Source: Octopus sinensis
Taxonomy: Eukaryota
NCBI RefSeq assembly: GCF_006345805.1
Contig: NC_043009.1
Span: 65,658,001-65,722,000, forward strand
DNA length: 64,000 nt
Direction: 5' to 3'
Positions 1 through 13,692 of the stretch are shown here, piece after piece. Position numbers and translations under genes: made by a program. Under the pieces are notes generated by a model. The model ran no database searches. It saw only the letters and a program-made list of their open reading frames with translations, and had not been told where the DNA came from. Every line of letters starts with the position of its first letter. The first letter of the stretch is position 1.

Positions 1-256
<256 letters not shown>

Positions 257-1001
257 ACTGTTACTGTCAAACGTGTCCCCTTATCCTTTTCCGTATACTA
301 ACACTGTATATTAGAAATTCCTTCCTTCATTTGCTTTTGCAGGTCGACGGACAACCCCTGCTGACTTGTTTGACAAGCTTGGTTTGGAATTTTCATGGGA
401 GAATACAGAGATGAATCCCCGATGCCATAGTTTCTCTTTTCATTGTTTATTTTATTTTTTTGTTTTTTACGTGACCCCTTTTCTCTTTGTCTCCTTCAGT
501 CAAAACCGAGAAATTTGCAGAGAAACTGTGTCTGAGAAAAACTGGAACATTTCTCCATACTTGTCCGGCGTTTGGCGACAGAATGACTAGCGAAGATGAA
601 ACCGGTGGAAATTGAATTAAGTCCTACGGTAACAGGAACAAACATCGTAACGCATTCTATTCCAACCGATGCTCCACCGATCTGCCAGAATCCCCTCGTT
701 AAACTAGAAAACATTGTCTTCAGAATGTTAAGTTCATCTTTATGTTTTGTTATCATCTTATGAATTGTTAAGCACTGGAGAACGGGAAATACATATAAGA
801 GTTTGTATTGTTTGGAACGATGATTAAATCTTCTTCAAACGAAACCTTGTCGTTTTAAATAAGTTAAAGTCTACTGTATAGCCATGGCTGGGATGTCTTC
901 AATCGTAAATCGATGTGTAGCTGGTGCAGGACTAAACAATAACAAAACCCGTGTTTATTATCTATATTTATTATTTTTATTTATCTATCTATCATATTCC
1001 T

Positions 1002-1626
1002 TTCCTTTCTACTATGGGCACTAGACCTGAAATTTTGTGGGAGAGGCTCTAATTGATTACATCGACCCCGGTGCGTAACTAGTACTTAATTTATCGACCT
1101 GAAAGGATGGAAGGCAAAGTCGACCTCCGCGGAATTTGAACTCAGAACATGAATACAGGCGAAATACCTATTTCTTTACTAGCCACAAGGGGCTAAACAC
1201 AGAGAGGACAAGTAAGGACAGACAAACGGATTAAGTCGATTATATCGACCCCAGTGCGTAACTGGTACTTATTTAATCGACCTCGAAATTATGAAAGGCA
1301 AAATCAACCTCGGCGGAATTTGAACTCAGAATGTAAAGACGGACAAAATGCCGCTAAGCATTTTGCCCGGCGCGCTAGCGACTCTGCAAGCTCGACACCT
1401 TAAATACGCTTATATAATAATTCAAAATTTTGGCGCAAGGCCAGCAATTATTAGGGGGGGGTAAGTCGATTACATCGACCAGTGTATTCAACTGGTACTT
1501 ACCTTATCGACGCCGGAAAGATGATAGCCAAAGCTGGCGGAATCTGGACTCAGGACTCGAAAACGGACGGAATGCCACGAAGGTTTTTGCCCGACGTGCT
1601 AGCAATAGTGCCAGTTCACCGCCTTA
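1002..1626 (-). mobile_element. Cluster of three tRNA-derived SINE 'family A' copies (about 1002-1168, 1169-1400, 1428-1626)
   Basis: Minus strand reads GGCGGCGAGCTGGCAGAATCG (A-box-like), GAGTTCAAATTCC (B-box), then TTTGCCTTTCATCCTTTCGGGGTCGATAAA..GTACCAG. The same module recurs about 19 times in the window. The centre resembles the MetaSINE domain from memory (needs alignment). Confidence 0.88.
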
Positions 1627-2099
1627 ACTCCACTTCTATATTAAGACGATATAACTTGGTTTATATCCTAAAATATTATCAAGTGCCATGCTTCTGTTTA
1701 TATCATACAGTGATGATATCACTATGTTCATTACTAAAAGATCATAACTATATTTGTATATTAAGATATACCAATTAGGTGTATCTGCTATCATAAATAA
1801 CTAATTAAACTATCTTCTTCATGTTTGTCTACATATTTGGGGATCTCCTGTCCGCTTCACTCAGACATCATCTACAATTACAAAAGACGTCAGTGTTTCC
1901 ATCATCGACACCTTTGCCAGCCACATTCAGACACACCCAGCCACACCCAATTTCAGCATCTAACTGGCATCGACTATAATTACCGTAATCGCAACGGCGG
2001 CGGCGGCGGAGGCGGCGGAGGGGAACTGCCAGCTTTGTTTTATTAAATTTTCTTTACATTTTTATTTGTTTAGATTTTTTTTGTGTATCTTAACAATTT

Positions 2100-2232
2100 C
2101 TGTGCGATTTTTCCAAATTTTGAAGTATCATCATCATCGTCGTCGTCGTCACCATCACCACCACCATCACCGCCACCATCATCATCGTCATCTTTATTAC
2201 CATCGACATCATCATCATCATAATCATCATCA

Positions 2233-2273
<41 letters not shown>

Positions 2274-2425
2274 GCCGTCGTCATAATCGTTGCAATATTT
2301 GCTCCCATGTTCATCATCTCTTCCATACCTCCTACTTCTCCTCATTATCATCCTCGTCGTCGTCAGCACCAATCACTGTAGTACAAGACACTACTGCTAC
2401 TACTACTACCACCACTAGTACTACC
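2100..2425. repeat. Mixed trinucleotide repeats (CAT/CGT/CAC/ACT)
   Basis: Directly visible; source of the poly-H/R/D/T ORFs. Confidence 0.95.
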
Positions 2426-2844
2426 ACCCAACTAGTAATTGACACACATGCCCATAAGGTGGTGGTTCGACATCATTCAACGTCGCAAGAGTCACCACCA
2501 AGGACATCGATTATGATAGCGACTAACATTATTTCCTACTTCTATTAATGGTCACATAAGCCCAAGACATTTCAAGGCTTTACATCGAGTGAAAACAAAT
2601 CAACAAAAACCGAGCAAGACAGCATCGCAGTATCTATTCTTTTTTGCCTTTCGTCCTATTGTTAAAGTTTCAACCAAGTGCGATGGTTGATTCTAGGATC
2701 GGCCTCCAGACTGAGGCCTTCCGCTGACCTTAGAAATCAGTTGTAGCATGCCTACTAGTAATGCTAATACTAATGCTAGATTTATCTCAACTTACACCAC
2801 CACGACCACAACAATAACAACTCTTAGTAGTATTGCATCCAAGT

Positions 2845-2975
2845 TTTAGCACAAGGCCAGCAATTTCAGGGAAGAGGTAAGTCGATTACATCGCCCCTCC
2901 CCCCAGGGCTCAACTGATACTATTTTATCGACCGCTCCCCGAAAAGATGGAAACCAAAGTCAACCTCGGCGGAAG
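2845..2975 (-). mobile_element. SINE family A, partial
   Basis: gcacaaggccagcaattt..gtaagtcgattacatcg..ttttatcgacc..aaagtcaacctcggcgga. Confidence 0.8.
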
Positions 2976-5900
2976 TATTACTAATATTGTTAGTTCATCA
3001 ACCAATATTCTTGCATCTCAACGTTTTACTTGCTACTTTTAACTTATTAATTTTAATCCCCCACCCCTCACAGACGGCTGCTGCCAACACCATTGCTACT
3101 ACTACTACTACTTCTACCAAAACATCCCATTGCCATCTCAGTGTTTTATCAACACCACAGCGTTTTCCATACGATGCTAGGAATCAGATCGATCTAAGTT
3201 CCACACCACACACCTCCTGTTGTGGGCGGTTGAAAGGTTTCAGAACAAAAAATGCCTTTATCAGTCTCGAACACTGCAACCCCAGTTATTAACACCCTGT
3301 AAATAAAGGACCAATACATTTTTTTCTATCTTTTTCAAAGTTTTATTGTTACCTGTTTACCCCAAACCCCTTACTTAAACTATTATATTTTTTATTTTCA
3401 TGTGTAATTTTAAAATTTTCACGGCAGCCATCTTAAACGTTTGAAAATGTGCACAAATAGCCGGGTTCTATAAAATATAGGCGCCAAAAGCATAAAACCG
3501 AAGAGAAAATAAAATAAGTTCCTCTCTAGCATAAAAGGTAAAAAAAAAATTAAAAATAGCCTCGAGCTACCATCTGTTGTTGATATTGCAGTTATTGTCA
3601 GGAGGGGGGGATTTATAGTTTTATTTGCTTTTAATTGTGAGAGATTTTGTTGTTTCTTTGATTATTTCATAGTTCTTGCATTAGGATTTTTTAAAGTTTA
3701 AGTCACCAGCGCCATCTGCTGGCGGCAAATACTAAGTGTGGTGTTAGCGACTGAGATCTAACTAATTGACTTCTATTTCTCTGTCTGTCATTTAGTTTCA
3801 CTCTTTCTTCGTAATGATTTCTACCTCTACCTCCACTGCACTCATTCTTTCTCACTCCTCCATCATCAACACTTCTGTCTTCCACGCCTCCAATACCAAC
3901 ACCACTTCGTCAAAGGTGTTAGTAGCGCTTAAATTTCAAAACGACAACAATAAAACCTACAGCAACAAAAGTAGCAACAGAGAGAAAGGGGGAGAGAGGG
4001 AGAGAGAGAGAAAGAGAGAGAGGGAAGGAGAAAGTAGACGTAACAATTTGAACAACAAACAGACTATCTAATACAATAACAATGTCAGCAACAAAATTGC
4101 AAGAACAACAACAACAACAGTAACAGCACAAACATTAACAGTATATTTGCAAATGCATTAGTTTGATAAAAACCACAAGATTTGCAGCAACGTCAGCAAT
4201 AACTTCAACAATATCAGCAAACAACCGCAGGTCTGTAAATAACAAAAATATAATTTGAAATCAGTAAAGAAGAACATCAATATAAACAATAATAATAATA
4301 ATAACAATATATATTAATAGCAGTTACTTCTTGCCCAGCCCACTCAGCCACACAACTATGATGATTCTGTAACCACATAAATACGGAATAACAATAAACA
4401 ACTAAAGAATCGCCGCCATTAAATGCCATTGCTTTCAAGAACCGCAAAGTTGACCGCAACAGAAATTCTTAAAAGATGAGTGAGACAGCAAGAACAATGA
4501 TGTGGAGTCGATCCTCTGATCAATGTTTTGAGAAAGAATAATTCAACGAATTTCTCGTTCTTTGTCAAAGTGAGACGAACCTTATGCGTTTTTGCTGCCC
4601 TTATACATAAAGCGATATAAAACGTTTCAAATTCGAAGATTCTCAATTCGGTGGCGGAGATTTTTCGAACCAGCTGTTATACATCCGCTATCACAAATCA
4701 CCTGTCGTCGGAAACAGAATTCAAATTCAGCGGATGAAACTGGAGATATCACATGTTAGAAGACGAAAAAAAAAAAAGACAATTAGATCGTTTTTAATAT
4801 TTTTTAAATAAATTTAGATTAACTAATTTTAAAATCGCGAGTTAAATCATGTTGAAGAGTCCAAAAGGAGGATGAAATAGTACTATCTACAGCTACCAGA
4901 CACTTTAAGGACGCTACTTCAATGACAAATGAAAGAATTATATGGAAGTAATGCTCTATTCACTCTTTGATAATGATGTTTCACAAAAAGAAAAAGAATT
5001 AGAAGTGATTCTCTCTTCTTAAGTAACAATTCCTAGTAATTCCATCAAGCATAATGAAGAATTTATTTCTCTCGAAAGCCAAGGATATTGGAATAATAAT
5101 GTCAAAAAAATGTAAACTGCTTTGCTAAGAGTAATTTATATTACTTTACATTAACATCTTTAAATCTGTTGGAGTAGGTCTGACCTTCGATGAAATAACT
5201 ACAAATATATCTCTGTACCAAAAAAAAAAAAAAAGACAATAACAACTGCTGCAACTGTTATTGCTACTACTACGACTACGACGACGGTAACTAATACTAC
5301 CACCATCGACACCACCAACACTGACGCCACCTCAATTACATTAAGTTGTGTTGATGATACTGAGTTGACCGATCCGTTTACTCTTGATTAACTTCCATCA
5401 TTGCTAGTTCGCTGAAGTGTAGACAGCCTCTATACGGCTGCTACAATTAGAATGAAATAGAAACGAAATCTTTAAATTAGATGGAACCATTCTTAAAGGA
5501 AAGGGACACGCTGCATTATACAGCCCTACATAGTATTACAAAACTAATGGTTTGAGCTGGAATGAATTCAATAAATTTAATGATTGCTCATGAAAAAAAG
5601 CATCAACAAGAAATTCAGCAACAATATAAATCTTTTGCATACTCTTCTTTATCTTAAGCGGCCGAATTCATCTAAACCAGCGAGAACGAAACGAATTTGT
5701 TCAGAAGGTGTCTTGTGATTGGTTCGTTAATTCAATGTCATAAACTCGTCAATTGCAAAGCAAACTTTTTTAAATATTCGGCCATTTTGCGTCCATTGAA
5801 TATTAACTTTTAAATACAAAACTAATTCATTTTAATTTTCTAAATTTAGACAATATTTTTCCTGTATTGCAATATTTGGATGCATAAGCAACGTTTAGAC

Positions 5901-6094
5901 ATTTATTAATATTTTTTTCGTTAGAATCTACAAATTTTGTGTCGTAAGCCTTGACAACTTAGCGATTGAATTCAAGAATTGATTGTCTCCCTTGCCAAGC
6001 AAGACTAGAGGTTTCATATTACTGGACAGAAAGTCGTATTGCGCTCAGAACAAAGAATGTTGTATAGTCAATCGTCTGACAGATTTTGGTTTCA

Positions 6095-6285
6095 AATTTT
6101 GCCACAAATCCAGCAATTTTGGTGGAGGGGTAAGTCGATTACATTGATCTCAGTGTTCAAATGGGACTTATTTTATCGACCACACGCAAGGGATTAAAGA
6201 TAAAGTCATCTCCGGTGACATTTGAACTCAGAGCGTAAAGTCGAAAGAAATGCCGCAAAGCATATTGTTCGGTAAGGACCCTACC
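6095..6285 (-). mobile_element. SINE family A, diverged
   Basis: Same tail, centre and B-box (atttgaactcaga) as the other copies. Confidence 0.8.
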
Positions 6286-6439
6286 AGCTTGCCACCTAAA
6301 GCAAATATTTATAAGATTACTCAGAGAGCGCAAATCTCTGTCAAGGTAACACCAACGTCCTCTCAACGATTAGCCAGAGATGATTTTTAAAATGAGAATA
6401 TCTGAAATAAACTCGACTGCTCTCGCAAACGAGAATACT

Positions 6440-6670
6440 AAAAATGAATCCGACCGCTCTCAAGAATTAAGTTTAAAAAACAGGAAAATAATCCAGAATC
6501 CTTGTCCAGTACCGGATCGACTCCAAAATCTAACCAGTTTGTGCCAGTCACGAGACCAAACATCCCTGAAAGTTTCATCCGAATCCATCCAGCGGTTCTT
6601 GAGATATCTTGTCCACGGACAATCAAACAAACAAACAAACACAACTGAAAATAATATCACCGCCTAAAAT
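6440..6670. mobile_element. Possible non-autonomous Helitron/Helentron-like element
   Basis: aaagtttcatccgaatccatccagcggttcttgagatatc followed by (AAAC)n resembles HINE/Lep1-type elements (pattern memory only). Confidence 0.35.
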
Positions 6671-7374
6671 AAGAATCTCACTTGATGCCTTCTAGAATAT
6701 ATTTTTGCAAAGATTTAAACACTCACAAAGCAAAAACTACGACTCGGTTTCCATTTTTATTTGAAACCTAAATTTGTTTTTAAGGACTCCAACAAATAAC
6801 TCCTTTAGCTAAATTTCATCTTTCTCCTTTGAAAGATCCTAACCAAAACGTTGGAACAAATTCTGATGATAGGCTCTGCTTGAAGAGTTAGGATTTTCTT
6901 CTTATTCGTTGCTGTAAAAACTTTTATTCAAATTTTCGAAACACCAATTCTTGTGTAAAAGTAATTTGATGTCTTGCGCGTGAAAGAAAGACGAGGTAGA
7001 CACGAATGGAAATCATATGATCACAAATTTTCTCGATCAGAGTTAAAACAACAACAGCATTAACTGTTGAACAATGCTCCACCCTGATGACTGTTTTTAT
7101 TGATGGTTAGTCTGGTGCATTCAGAGTCAAGCACGGTAGACAGAAGCGAATATGTTGTCCATTGACGGGCTGCAGACCGGAGGCATTTCCGAGAGTTGTT
7201 CGGAAACTTTATGACAAATCCAGCTGGGATATTTTCATCTTCATGTCAACAGGTTGAAACATAAACATATGATTACCGTTGTTGGGCAGAGGCGCCACTA
7301 ACCAGTCCTATTCGTATTATTTACCTTCTAATCATCGCTAGCTTTCTTATTTGTCACCGTCTTCCCAGTTTTTA

Positions 7375-7577
7375 TAAACACCACCGCCACCACCATCATC
7401 ATCAGTGTTGCCATTCCCATAATCATCGTTATTATCAACATCATCCTTCTGATTATCATCATCATCGATATCATCATCATCATCATCATGGTTATCATCG
7501 TCTTTATCTCCTTCTTCGTCATTGTCATCGTTATATACGCTCCCACTCAACGTCGACGTCGACACCACTTTCATCAA

Positions 7578-7625
<48 letters not shown>

Positions 7626-7779
7626 CAACTGCAGCACCGTTATCATCTTCTTTATTCCCATCAGCTTCATCATCCTACCTTTCTGTTTTTTTTTAGCTTC
7701 GTTTACTTAATTTTAATTCATCATCTTCTGGTATTACTACCATCACCAACAACAACACAAATAAAATAAAAAGTTGCTG

Positions 7780-7831
<52 letters not shown>

Positions 7832-7860
7832 CACCACTACTACTTTTACTACTACTGTTG
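7375..7860. repeat. Trinucleotide repeats (CAT, CAG, TAC, CAC)
   Basis: Directly visible. Confidence 0.95.
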
Positions 7861-9110
7861 ATGTCAACTTCTACTTAACTCGTACAGGTTCGTGTGTTTT
7901 GTTGCAGGATTTCGCTTTCTTTCCATCGATTAAAAAATTTTAAATGATTGATTAGGAAGCGCTGCCAGAGCCGAGCTGGCGCAGTCTCTCTAGTGGTCGT
8001 GAGAGCATTTACTGTGCTACACCTGAGCAACAACCACAACATCAATCAACATTACCACTACCAACAACAACTACCACAACAACAGCGCACAAAATGCACA
8101 GCTACAACATGGCCAACATAACGATTTCTTGCATTCAGAAAGCACCAAACAGAAGATGAATGGTCGCATATGTGTCTGTATATAAATGTTCCGGTGTTCA
8201 TGTATGCGTCCTTGTGCGCATGACATAAAAAAAGTAACGTTGATAGAAGCAAGATTCGATCTCAGAAATTTAGTAAAGCCGTACGGAAATGTTGATTTCT
8301 TAAATATGATGTTTTATAGGCAATCATTTATGTACAACATTATACTACACGGCACACGCATTTGTAGCGGTGAGGATCGGAAGCAGTCAATTATACAAAT
8401 CCAAGTGTACATATATTTCTGTTTCCTATCTTCTAACTTACAAACAATGGCGTCGTTGATTACAGGTCTCTAACGAGTTTATTAACAACGGTTCATTCGA
8501 GTTCGTATTTATTATTTAACTGATACATATTTTATCGAAACATGAAAGATGAAAGTCACAATCGACCTTTAGAAAGAGTTGAACTCAGAAACATACGGCG
8601 ATGTACCTGACGACCGCAAAGCAATTTGTCTGGGTCTCTGATATTTCTTTCAACAACTGGCCTCGACCGTTTCCTCCAGTCACCGCCATCATATGCTGTT
8701 AATGATTATTTCTTACGATTATGCAAGACAATTCCTCCAGTTATCTACGGTTTCTTTCGAATCTGCTGCATTGCTCTCATATTCTTTGATGCGTCCACAC
8801 AGAAGATATAACAATCAGGTGTAAGGGAAATTTAAAACAACAAGTGTAAATGTAAAAGCAAAATAAACTTTATAGAAAGATTCTGCTCATGTCAAACCAC
8901 CCTAACTATGAGCCAAGTGCTCTGCCATTAGCATCTCCCTCAGCATCTCTCACATTTTCGATGTTTCACAAAGTGAAGGCTGACAGAGCCAATAGGCTGC
9001 AATGTCTCTTCTCGATTTACATAGGGACCTAAAACAATGAGTAAAACAAGGTACATACAGCAAAATCATATTCGCTTTCAGGTGAACGGCACAGACATAC
9101 TATATATTCG

Positions 9111-9211
<101 letters not shown>

Positions 9212-9230
9212 ATATATATATGCATATATA

Positions 9231-10491
9231 TCGGGTCATCCCATAAGTTCTGTCCGATTTTACCTTTTTTTTTAATTGAATGAAATTTAATAGTATTTTA
9301 GAATGTCTAATGGAATTAAAATTATTTTTATGCATTTGTGTACATTTAAACTAATTAAATATTATTTTACACGATAACAGAATTAAAATTTCTTTGATTA
9401 AAACCCTTTCTAACATGGAAATATCAAAAGAGCATTTCCGGCACATAATGCTTTATGAGTACAAAAAACGAAACTCTGCAGCCGAAGCGATTTGAAACAT
9501 ACACTCAGTTTATGGGAAAGAATGCTTGGTTTGCAAAATTCAGAAGTGGAGATTTCAGCCTTGAAGATGAAGATCGAACAGGACGTCCAGTTGAGTTTGA
9601 TAAGATTCTTGAGGCATTACTTGAAGAAAATCCTGCGTTATCAGTTGAAAAATTGGCAATAAAGCTTAGTGCAAACCATACGACATTTCATCGTCATATC
9701 CAACAACTTGGAAAGATTCCTAAACTTGGAAAATGGGTACCTCATGAATTGTCCGAAAGCAACAGCAAATCCTAAGTTGACATCTGCTCTTCTGTCTATT
9801 CTCGCGAACTCATTTCACTCTTTTCGGATAGACTTGTGACTGGTGACGAAAAATGGATCTTCTATCGAAATGTTAAATGCTGTAAACATTGGCTTAGTAA
9901 AAGGGAAAAAAACTCAACCACAACTGATAAGGGAACTTCATGGGTAAAAGGTTCTTCTCTCCATCTGGTGGAATTACAAAGAAGTAATTCACTTTGAAGT
10001 GTTACCACCTAATGCAACAATCCATGCTCAAGTCAGCTGTCAGCAATTAGAGCGTTTGAACCAAGCTTTGAAGAAAAAAAGACCCGCTTTAGTGAATCGA
10101 AAAGGAATGATGTTTTATCACGACAGTGCGCGACCCACACTGCAAAGATCACATCACAGGAGATTGAAGAGCTTGGTTGTGAAAAAATTCCTCATCCACC
10201 TTATTCTTCCGACCGTGCTCTTTCAGACTACCATTTGTTTCATAGTTTACAGAATCATTTGTGGGACATAACTTTCGCAAGCCAGGAGGAGGTCGAAACT
10301 GACACTTCAGAGTTCTTCGCTTTGAAACCAAAAGCGTTTTCCATTGATGGGATTAAAAAGTTTGTAAATTGATGGAAGGAAGTCATGGATAATCAGAGAA
10401 AGTACATTGATGATTAAATTTCAATTAAATAAACATTTGATCACTTGTTTTCTTTATTCAAAATTTGGACAGAACTTATGGAATGACCTGA
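9231..10491 (+). mobile_element. Full-length mariner (Tc1/mariner) DNA transposon, 1261 bp, inactive
   Basis: 30-bp TIRs tcgggtcatcccataagttctgtccgattt / aatttggacagaacttatggaatgacctga (26/30 match); TA at 9229-9230 and 10492-10493; internal transposase. Confidence 0.95.
9415..10417 (+). pseudogene. Mariner transposase with frameshifts and stops
   Basis: MEISKEHFRHIMLYE start; WFAKFRSGDFSLEDEDRTGRP, WVPHEL, VTGDEKW, FYHDSARP and PHPPYSSDRALSDY (YSPDLAPSDY-like) motifs spread over several frames; ends ..YIDD*. Confidence 0.92.
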
Positions 10492-10568
10492 TATATATGT
10501 ATGTATATATGTATGTATATATGTATGTATATATGTATATATATATGTATATATATGTATATATATGT

Positions 10569-10599
<31 letters not shown>

Positions 10600-10735
10600 G
10601 TATATATATATGTATATATATGTATATATATGTATATATTATATATATATATATATATATTATATATGTATATATGTATATATATATATATATATATAAT
10701 ATATATATATATATACATATACACGCATTTATTTA
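10492..10735. repeat. (TA)n/(TATG)n microsatellite
   Basis: Directly visible. Confidence 0.95.
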
Positions 10736-10939
10736 GAGACATATTCCATTGCAATACTTACTGCATCCATTTCCATGTCCGTTTTTGCGCATGTGCGTGT
10801 CTTCATGTGTGTGTGTGTGTGTGAAACAACATGTAAATGCTAGCTTATTTATTTATGTATTTATTTATTTATTTATTCCTACTCATTGTTATTTATATTG
10901 TTTTATCATTCCACATCTTATGCTTACCGTTGATGTAAT

Positions 10940-11099
10940 TGGTATTATCATTATTACTATTATTATCATTACTATTATTATTATTATTATCTTTGTTGTT
11001 TCCTTTCGTTTTTGTTTTGTTTTCGTTGTTCTTATCAAAATCATCATCACCATCATCATCATCATCAATCATCATCATCATCATCATCATCATCACATC

Positions 11100-11152
<53 letters not shown>

Positions 11153-11379
11153 TATTATTATTATCATTATTATTATTATTATTATTATCATCATTATTAT
11201 TAATATTATTATTATTATTATTATTATTATTGCTGTTGTTGTTGCTATTATTATTATTATTATTACTATTACTATTATTATTATTATTGATGTGTTTTGT
11301 TTTGTCGTTGTTGTTATTATCATTATTATTGTTATCTTTATTATTGTTATCATTATTATTGTTATTATTATTATTGTTG

Positions 11380-11452
<73 letters not shown>

Positions 11453-11480
11453 CATTGTTATCATTGTTATTGGTATAAAT
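10940..11480. repeat. Long (ATT)n/(ATC)n/(GTT)n trinucleotide array
   Basis: Directly visible; source of the 268-aa poly-I ORF. Confidence 0.97.
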
Positions 11481-12282
11481 GATGTCGTTGCTGTAGCAGT
11501 TCTTGTCGTTGCTCTTCTAATGTATTTATTATTTTCTTCTCTCTCCATCATTTAGTTTGACTGGATCTAAAATAAAACAAACTTTCCCTTAATGACTGCT
11601 CTTCCCTAAATCTACCTCCTCCTCCTCTTCCTCCCCTTCTTCTTCCTCCTCGCTCTCCTTACTCTTAACTGTGTTGTTCTGGTTTTGATTGTGGTCCTTT
11701 TTTTCTTCTTTTATATATATAGCCATCACGTCGACGTCTACGCCATCTCTTCACACACACACACACACTTCATCTTATGAATACTTTAACAACATTATGA
11801 TTAATGTACGTCGTTGATTATCAATTATTATGCTGTCAACAGTAACATTCTCCTTGACAGATATGTCACTAAGTTTCATCAAATACTGTGAGAATCGTCG
11901 GAGCTCTGCCTTGCCGTCCTATACCGCCCGGCGCTGCTTTCTCGCTAAATACGGCCTTACGAGCAAACGAGGAATACGGTGCTTCTACCCGGTTGCTCAT
12001 CATGCTACAACACGCTAGAAACAGCAGTCGAACCCGATTTATATTCTGGCCTTCCGTCCGTAAAAAAATGGAATCGAAGACGTATTGGATAAGTATAATG
12101 AAAGAAATACTGAGGGAAGGTCATGATTAGACCGCTTTTCGTCCTATTTCTTCTCAAACAGAATTGAACTTGGGTTAGACAATAAAATCCCCACATCAAC
12201 CAGAATCGAACAGAGGAATCTCTGTGTGATTGCATCACCTGCAAGAAATGGCAACCAAATATTTCTCATATCACACTTTATC

Positions 12283-12763
12283 TATTTCTTTATTACCCAA
12301 AAGGGGCTAAATACAGAGGGGACAAACAAGGACAGACAAACGGATTAAGTCGATTACATCGATCTCAGTGCGTAACTGGTACTTAATTTATCGACCCCAA
12401 AAGGATGAAAGGCAAAGTCAACCTCGGCAGAATTTGAACTCAGAACATAACGGCAGACGAAATACGGCTACGCATTTAGCCCGGCGTGCTAATGTTTCTG
12501 CCAGCTCGCCCCCTTCATCGTAGAATACCTATGTCTTTACTACCCACAAGGGGCTAAATACAGAGGGGACAAACAAGGACAGACAAACTGATTAAGTCGA
12601 TTATATCGACCCCAGTGCGTAACTGGTACTTAATTTATCGACCCCGAAACGATGAAAGGCAAAGTCGACGTTGGCGGAATTTGAACTCAGAACGTAACGG
12701 CAGATAACATACGGCTACGCATTTCGCCCGGCGTGCTAATGTCTCTGCCAGCTCACCGCATTT
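12283..12763 (-). mobile_element. Head-to-tail SINE family A dimer flanked by a 23-bp direct repeat
   Basis: Two units (about 12283-12510 and 12528-12760); tatttctcatatcacactttatc at 12260-12282 and 12764-12786. Confidence 0.9.
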
Positions 12764-13602
12764 TATTTCTCATATCACACTTTATCGTCTCACGAAACAG
12801 CAGGCCAGATAGACATCGTTTCAAAGTAGCCCTAGATATATGCTATATTTCTAAAATAAATAAACTGGGCATGGTAAGAATATCTTTTATGATATGAGTG
12901 CAATCAATGTTGATATAGATCTGAACGAAAACATTAACCCCAATCTGCATATTAACCAGCAATCAGTATATTACTCACTGCACACTGCAAGTTAACTGCA
13001 TTTTACACATTGCCATCCTGCTGCACCTCATGTGTTTTAAACTGGTTACCAATCTCTTGTTCTCCGGCATTTCGAAATACTATTTACTGTTTAAAGTGTA
13101 ATTCTCTTTAGCATTGATCTCTCAGAGACGAACAGAGTTAAAAGCAGAAAAATATCAGCAGCAGGTGATGATGGTTGCCAAGTATCAGCAGTGGAATTGC
13201 TAGATCTAGATTTTTGATTATTAGCTTCATCAGAGTATCTACACTCTAAGAAGGCATACAGATCACTAATTAGGAACTAGCATACCTTCTGTCACTAATA
13301 ATGAACTTTTGTGCAGCCTGCCGGTTAAGTTCTAGATCAGTAACATTACAACCACTGTTCAAATTTATCAGCTCGCACTCAAACTTTGCTAAGCATGTAA
13401 TGACAAGGATATTTGTTACTAAGTCTCTGTAAGAGATACTTGCTGAAAATGAAGAGTGCATTTAAAAAGCTTTCAACTGCATATACATTTAAGTATTACA
13501 CCGATCGCTAATTCTGTACTAATGCTGCCTTCCTTGCTAATAATGAACTGGCTACTGTTTTCTGTCAGAATATTTTTATTGTGTGTTTATGTCTTTGGAT
13601 GT

Positions 13603-13692
13603 CAAGTACTAGCAGATATTCAAGTACTAGCAGATATTCAAGTACTAGCAGATATTCAAGTACTAGCAGATATTCAAGTACTAGCAGATATT
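13603..13692. repeat. Perfect minisatellite, 5 x 18 bp (caagtactagcagatatt)
   Basis: Five identical adjacent copies. Confidence 0.98.

Noticed and set aside
4400-4790. Plus-strand frame ending ..FEDSQFGGGDFSNQLLYIRYHK..RRRKKKR
   Set aside because: Several stops, no recognisable family and no splice signals
10749-11555. 268-aa and other long ORFs (also 44293-45045, 44316-44978, 48646-49305, 59880-60518, 45825-46460)
   Set aside because: They are translations of microsatellites that lack stop codons in some frames (poly-I, YI, HT, LSIY)
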